Shown piece by piece: positions 59,353-64,000 of a stretch of 64,000 nt of DNA. Below the pieces are notes generated by a model. The model did no database searches. It was not told the origin of the DNA and saw only the letters and a program-made list of their open reading frames with translations. Source of the stretch: a virus; the IMG/VR virus record IMGVR_UViG_3300027734_000042; one strand, 5' to 3'. The position numbers and the translations under genes were made by a program. How positions within the stretch are numbered: position 1 is the stretch's first letter; every line of letters begins with the position of its first letter.

Positions 59353-59835
59353 ATGCAGATTTTAAGATTTTCCGACTTCATTAATGAACAGTCTGTTTAT
59401 AACGTTGGAGTTCCTATTTTTAAAGGAACAGCGATAAACCCAGAAAAAACCGTAAAAAGAAATAAGCTTTTACCTGAGTTACAAGATTACTTATCTCAGC
59501 TAATGAGTGGACAGCTTACAGAGGTTACATTAGTTGCTGAAATTCCTACACAAGGAAAAAATGCGCCTCAATACCTTAAAGATATCTATTCTGAAATGGG
59601 ATACGATGCTTCTAAAGAAGAAGATATGTATGACGACGAAACAGATACTTTTTTAGGTAACAGAGATAGAATGCCAGATGATCCTAGTACAAATATCTTT
59701 GTTGATTCTGAATTCATCGTTAAGGATGTGGACATGGAAAGAAATGTAATTCTAGCTATTCCGTATTCAATGAAGAGAAAAGGAATTATAGTAGAAATTG
59801 CACCAGAAATGGTAGAAGAAGTTTTTATTAAGTAA
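59353..59835 (+). CDS. hypothetical protein with CTS-like tag
   Basis: Starts MQILRFSDFINEQ. Confidence 0.7.
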   Translation: MQILRFSDFINEQSVYNVGVPIFKGTAINPEKTVKRNKLLPELQDYLSQLMSGQLTEVTLVAEIPTQGKNAPQYLKDIYSEMGYDASKEEDMYDDETDTFLGNRDRMPDDPSTNIFVDSEFIVKDVDMERNVILAIPYSMKRKGIIVEIAPEMVEEVFIK

Positions 59836-60200
59836 TGAATTTTAACCAGGAGGAAGATTTTTATTTAGCTAAGATAGGTGAACACACATTTGTTTTAGAA
59901 GAATGCAAAGATTTTCCTAAAGGACTTTCACATAGAGAGCATCTCCACGAAAACGAGGGGATGCTTTTTAATTTTAATGATCCCGGCGACAGAACTTTCC
60001 ATATGAGGGATTGCTTAATACCACTAGATATACTTTTTATAAAAGACGGGAAAGTAAACAAAATATATCACGAATGTCAGCCTTGCGAAATTAACGAATG
60101 CGACAAATACATAGGTGAGGCAGATTCAGTAGTTGAACTACTAGGGGGTACTTGCAAGAAGAATAATATTAGCGAAGGTCTAATATACAGGCACTTTTAA
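59835..60200 (+). CDS. DUF192 family protein
   Basis: GLSHRE...EGMLFNF...FHMRDCLIPLDILFI...VVELLGG. Confidence 0.85.
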   Translation: MNFNQEEDFYLAKIGEHTFVLEECKDFPKGLSHREHLHENEGMLFNFNDPGDRTFHMRDCLIPLDILFIKDGKVNKIYHECQPCEINECDKYIGEADSVVELLGGTCKKNNISEGLIYRHF

Positions 60201-60233
60201 GAAACTTTTCACAGTTTTCTATCTTAAATTTTT

Positions 60234-60407
60234 ATGACCAGAAAGGCAAAGATCAAACTTCCTAATGAATCTTATTGGGATGAATTGGCTATAAATATGG
60301 ACGATTTCATAATTTCTAGAGAATTTGAATATGAAGTTTTTGGCTGGTATAAAGGAATGTACGTTTCAATTTTAAAAAAATCACTAGAGGAAAATGACGG
60401 CGAATAA
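60234..60407 (+). CDS. small hypothetical protein; absent from the ORF track
   Basis: Translated by hand, 57 aa: MTRKAKIKLPNESYWDELAINMDDFIISREFEYEVFGWYKGMYVSILKKSLEENDGE; overlaps the topoisomerase start; GAAACTTTT upstream at 60201. Confidence 0.55.
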   Translation: MTRKAKIKLPNESYWDELAINMDDFIISREFEYEVFGWYKGMYVSILKKSLEENDGE

Positions 60408-62181
60408 GGAGATTAAGGTTTTATCAGAAAGAGAGCATATACTTTTAAGACCAACAGTTTATGTTGGTAGTGTTAAACCAACTGATGAAAAGGTTCCTAT
60501 AATACGCGAGAACAAGATTTTCGTTGAGTCTAGGACGATTTCAGTGGGAATGTATAAACTATTCGATGAAGTCTTTTCTAACTCATTAGACGAAGCTAAA
60601 CGCATGAAAGGAAAGATGAAAACTATCCTTATTGATGTTGACAGTAAAAGTAATTCTGTATCTATTAGCGACAGTGGTAACGGATTCTATAAAGGTACTG
60701 ATATCAACAAAGTTAGTGGAAAGACAAACATAGAAACAGCAGTATCACAATTGAGAGCTGGATCTAATTTTGAAAATGACGACATCCAGGAATCTTTAGT
60801 TGGTACCAACGGAATGGGTGTAAGTTTGGTTAACGTTCTTTCCAAGTATTTTAGTATAGAAACTATTAATGATAAATTCTACTATTTTCAGGAATGGAAG
60901 AATTACGAGGGTAAGGAAGCAAAGATATCCAAGAAAAAAGGTGAAGATAAAACAGGAACTAAAGTTACTTTCGCTCCTTTGTCCGAAGTCTTCGGATATT
61001 CTAAATGGGATAAGGAGGTTCTTTCTTCTATCCTTATTCTAAAGTATGATCTAATTAAAAGAGATCCGATACTGAGTAATCTAGAAATTAAATTTAGTTG
61101 GGATGGAGAAATTGTTGATCTTCAACCTAAATTTTTACCTGAAGATTGTTTCAAGATAAACACAGACATAGGACAAATAACTATTTGGGAAAAATACGAG
61201 GGATCAGGATCATTAAGCTTTGTGAACTCAGCTCTTTGTTCCGGTATACACCAGAAGATATTTAATGATTTTGTTAATACTAAACTTGAAGACACATTGG
61301 GACATCACTTTTACGATTGCCTCATTGTATTAAATCTACCTCCTAAATATGTCAAATTTGGGGATCAAAATAAAACTAGATTCGTAACAACCAGGGAAGA
61401 GATCGAAAGTCTTTTAATGGGCAAGTTTGGATCCAAATTACAAGGATTTTTTAAGACCGACCTTTATTCAAGAGTACTTAAAAAGGTAGAGGAAAGAAAA
61501 ACAGATGGATATGTAAAAAAGCTTAGATCTGAAAAAAAGAAAGTAAATCTAAAGCATTCACATAAATATTTTCCCGCACAAAAATCAGTAGCAGAAAATC
61601 TTTTTATTGTTGAAGGATTATCAGCAATGGGATCTATATTACAAAAGAGGAATCCAAAAGAAGACGGGGTTTACGCTTTAAAAGGAAAGATAAAAAATTG
61701 TAAGAACATAGGAGATCTTTCAGAGAATAAAGAAATTCTAGAGCTAATGCACATACTAGGTTTAGATCCCACATCTAGAAATACAGATATAGTTGGATAT
61801 AAAAAAATAGTAATTGCAACAGATCCGGATCCGGATGGATCTCACATTACCTCTTTACTTATCAATCTATTTTATAAATGGTTCCCAACTATAGTAAAGC
61901 ATAAAAGATTAAGCTCTTTAAAAATTCCTCTAGTATCTGTAGGTGACGGAAAGAAAAGAAAGTATTTCTGGGATTTGGATGAATTTAAAGCAGCAAGACC
62001 TACAGGAAACATCAGATACCTAAAAGGATTGGGTTCATTATCTTTAGAAGATTGGGAATGGGTAATGGGGGATAAGGAGCTAACTAACATAGAGGAAAGT
62101 TTAGATAGCAAGGATAAATTAGAAATGGCTTTTGGTGATTCTGCTGACGCAAGAAAAAAATGGTTATCAAATGGTAATTAG
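60394..62181 (+). CDS. type IIA topoisomerase large subunit (ATPase + TOPRIM; T4 gp39+gp60 / GyrB-like)
   Basis: EHILLRPTVYVGS, EVFSNSLDE, DSGNG, GTNGMGVSLVN, IVEGLSA, LKGKIKN, TDPDPDGSHI and YLKGLGS. Confidence 0.93.
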   Translation: MTANKEIKVLSEREHILLRPTVYVGSVKPTDEKVPIIRENKIFVESRTISVGMYKLFDEVFSNSLDEAKRMKGKMKTILIDVDSKSNSVSISDSGNGFYKGTDINKVSGKTNIETAVSQLRAGSNFENDDIQESLVGTNGMGVSLVNVLSKYFSIETINDKFYYFQEWKNYEGKEAKISKKKGEDKTGTKVTFAPLSEVFGYSKWDKEVLSSILILKYDLIKRDPILSNLEIKFSWDGEIVDLQPKFLPEDCFKINTDIGQITIWEKYEGSGSLSFVNSALCSGIHQKIFNDFVNTKLEDTLGHHFYDCLIVLNLPPKYVKFGDQNKTRFVTTREEIESLLMGKFGSKLQGFFKTDLYSRVLKKVEERKTDGYVKKLRSEKKKVNLKHSHKYFPAQKSVAENLFIVEGLSAMGSILQKRNPKEDGVYALKGKIKNCKNIGDLSENKEILELMHILGLDPTSRNTDIVGYKKIVIATDPDPDGSHITSLLINLFYKWFPTIVKHKRLSSLKIPLVSVGDGKKRKYFWDLDEFKAARPTGNIRYLKGLGSLSLEDWEWVMGDKELTNIEESLDSKDKLEMAFGDSADARKKWLSNGN

Positions 62182-62188
62182 ATATATA
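62181..62188 (+). promoter_or_regulatory. putative late promoter (GATATATA)
   Basis: Overlaps the topoisomerase stop, 5 nt before ATG 62194. Confidence 0.6.
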
Positions 62189-62193
62189 CTTTA

Positions 62194-62940
62194 ATGATTT
62201 TACGATTAAATAACTTTATAGTCGAGCAAGCTTCGGATAATTCTGATAGCCAAGCTAAGACTCCTGTAAAAAATTATTCAGGTAAGTTAAAGATTAATTG
62301 GGAAAAACCTGATCTTGCTGAGGAGATTCATCATTACGATGATAAAGCTAAACTTGAATTTTATCAACACAACATAACTATTGGTAATAAAGATATAGGA
62401 AAGACTAGTTCAAGAGCAACTAAGTTTTATAAATATATTATAGAGCCATTTAGAAAAGGCCACATAGAAGATCTTCCTATAGTTTCAGATAATAAGTTAG
62501 ACGTAAATAGCATTCAGAACCTTATGGTTTATGAATATGATAATATAGTTACAGGAGCATACGGTAGATCATACGGAGATGTATTAATCAAAATATCAGA
62601 TGATCTTAAAAAGAAAGGTAGTTTAGATCTGCCTTTACCTATAATTATTAAATTCATCAACTTCGGAGAAACTAGAACATCTTCAGAAGATAGCTACTAT
62701 CTTTTTTCCGGTAACAGAATCATAAATTTAGCACTTCAATACAATATTCCAATTAAAGCATGGGTTATTGATTTAGTACCTTCTAGAAGAGACGTAAGAG
62801 AATTTGCTCAGAAGTCTGGAGCCACTACTGATCCTGATAAATTTAAGAAAATCTTAAAAAGAGCAACGGGTAAAGATAATCTAGATGATCTAAATGCTAG
62901 AGAAAGATTCAAAATCATCCAATCACTTAAGAATTTTTAA
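62194..62940 (+). CDS. hypothetical protein with CTS-like tag and possible ParB/Srx-like domain
   Basis: Starts MILRLNNFIVEQ; LPLPIIIK...YYLFSGNRIINLAL..NIPIKAWVID resembles a degenerate ParB/Srx motif. Confidence 0.55.
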   Translation: MILRLNNFIVEQASDNSDSQAKTPVKNYSGKLKINWEKPDLAEEIHHYDDKAKLEFYQHNITIGNKDIGKTSSRATKFYKYIIEPFRKGHIEDLPIVSDNKLDVNSIQNLMVYEYDNIVTGAYGRSYGDVLIKISDDLKKKGSLDLPLPIIIKFINFGETRTSSEDSYYLFSGNRIINLALQYNIPIKAWVIDLVPSRRDVREFAQKSGATTDPDKFKKILKRATGKDNLDDLNARERFKIIQSLKNF

Positions 62941-62942
62941 TT

Positions 62943-62950
62943 TATATTTG
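62943..62950 (+). promoter_or_regulatory. Bacteroidota-type -7 promoter element TATATTTG
   Basis: Exact TAnnTTTG in the 14-nt gap, 4 nt before the uvsE ATG; no clear -33 element seen. Confidence 0.5.
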
Positions 62951-62954
62951 TAGA

Positions 62955-63875
62955 ATGATCTACAAAAATAGAATGGGGTATTGTTGTTTGTGTCTTTCTT
63001 TGGAAAAAGAAGGAGTGACAACTAACAGAGGAATGATTAAGAGAACCTTTATTGAAAAGGGAATATCTTATGTTTCTGAATTAGCAGTTAAAAATACAGA
63101 GGATCTAATACGTATTATTAGGTTTAATGGTGAAACTGGGATAGACATGTATCGTATGAGCTCCGACATGTTTCCTTGGATGTCTGAATATGAGATAAGT
63201 GATTTACCAGATTTCGAAAAGATCAGAGAAAATCTTATAACTGCAGGGGATCTTGCTAAGAGCTTTGATCAAAGACTTAGTTTTCACCCTTCTCCTTATT
63301 GTGTTATAGCATCAGAAAATCCTAATGTAGTTTTAAAATCAATAAAAGAATTAAGACAGCATTCAGAAATAATGGATCTAATGGGATTAGATAGAAGTCA
63401 CAAGTATCCAATTAATATTCATATAAATACTACTAAGCCGTCTAAAGAAGAATCTGCCAACAGATTTATTTATTCTTATAATTTATTACCAGATTCAGTT
63501 AAATCTAGATTGGTAGTAGAGAATGATGATAAAAAAAGTCAGTTTACCCCTACTGATCTGCATTCTCTTTTGCATTTAAAAATAGGAATTCCAGTAACAT
63601 ACGATTACTTACATCATAAATGCAATCCAGATAATCTGACAGAATTAGAAGCATTAGATCTTTGTATTTCTACGTGGCCAGAAGGAATAACTCCGCTAAC
63701 TCACTTTTCAGATTCTAGAAAAATATTCGAGGATCAGGGTGCTAAAGAGGTTGCTCATTCAGATTGGATTTGGAGTAAAATAGAAACTTATGACCGAATT
63801 TTTGATATAGAATTAGAGGTGAAGATGAAAGATCTTGCGCTTCTAAAATATATCGAAAAATGGAAGAGGAATTAG
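62955..63875 (+). CDS. uvsE: UV damage endonuclease UvsE/UvdE
   Basis: MGYCC, YRMSSDMFPW, RLSFHPSPY, INIH, LVVENDDK, YDYLHH, HFSDS, AHSDWI and ELEVKMKD. Confidence 0.92.
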   Translation: MIYKNRMGYCCLCLSLEKEGVTTNRGMIKRTFIEKGISYVSELAVKNTEDLIRIIRFNGETGIDMYRMSSDMFPWMSEYEISDLPDFEKIRENLITAGDLAKSFDQRLSFHPSPYCVIASENPNVVLKSIKELRQHSEIMDLMGLDRSHKYPINIHINTTKPSKEESANRFIYSYNLLPDSVKSRLVVENDDKKSQFTPTDLHSLLHLKIGIPVTYDYLHHKCNPDNLTELEALDLCISTWPEGITPLTHFSDSRKIFEDQGAKEVAHSDWIWSKIETYDRIFDIELEVKMKDLALLKYIEKWKRN

Positions 63876-64000
63876 ATCTTACAAAATCAAATTGGGTACA
63901 GGAGAATGAAATCTACATCTCCGCAATAAAAGAATCTATTGAAGAAAACTATCCAGAGATAAATATTATCGAGGAACTAGGTGAAATAAATTTCACACTA
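63860..64000 (+). CDS. 5' part of a hypothetical protein (truncated by the window end)
   Basis: ATG 63860 overlaps the uvsE end; open to the end (MEEELDLTKSNWVQENEIYISAIKESIEENYPEINIIEELGEINFTL). Confidence 0.5.
   Translation, partial: MEEELDLTKSNWVQENEIYISAIKESIEENYPEINIIEELGEINFTL

Overview
A gene-dense, AT-rich 64-kb segment of a large T4-related myovirus (jumbo phage) read with the standard genetic code. The host is most likely a Bacteroidota: there are no evident Shine-Dalgarno sites, leaders are A-rich, there is a TAnnTTTG promoter, and there are Hc1-like, DUF4494-like and Reg_prop/SBBP-type domains. From left to right: (1) a ribosomal protein S1-like gene and an amidoligase-like gene; (2) a neck/baseplate/fibre module (gp13-, gp25-, gp6- and gp7-like plus several very large virion proteins) interrupted by an antisense phoH; (3) a spanin candidate and a gp3/gp19-fold tail protein; (4) a recombination/replication block (RuvC-like, gp32, primase, UvsY, a truncated GIY-YIG/NUMOD homing endonuclease, UvsW); (5) a ~11-kb block of accessory late genes; (6) an MBD4-like glycosylase, the N-terminal half of a split family-B DNA polymerase, a dUTPase/dCTPase, nrdB, a collagen-like fibre, nrdA, adk, a GT2-TPR glycosyltransferase, DUF192, the topoisomerase II large subunit and uvsE. 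The strongest unexplained pattern is a short peptide tag (M-K/R-x-I/L-x-x-F/Y-x-E/D-F-I/L/V-x-E) on about 12 otherwise unrelated proteins, with C-terminal or internal versions on four more. It resembles the T4 capsid-targeting sequence plus a gp21 cleavage site and usually sits behind a RATATATA promoter-like motif. This points to a large head-packaged, injected cargo that includes a split metallopeptidase/vWA + MoxR-type AAA system, an adenylate kinase and DNA-binding proteins. Three promoter classes and a terminator with a late promoter in its loop are also visible. All family assignments come from motif recognition by eye; no searches were run.
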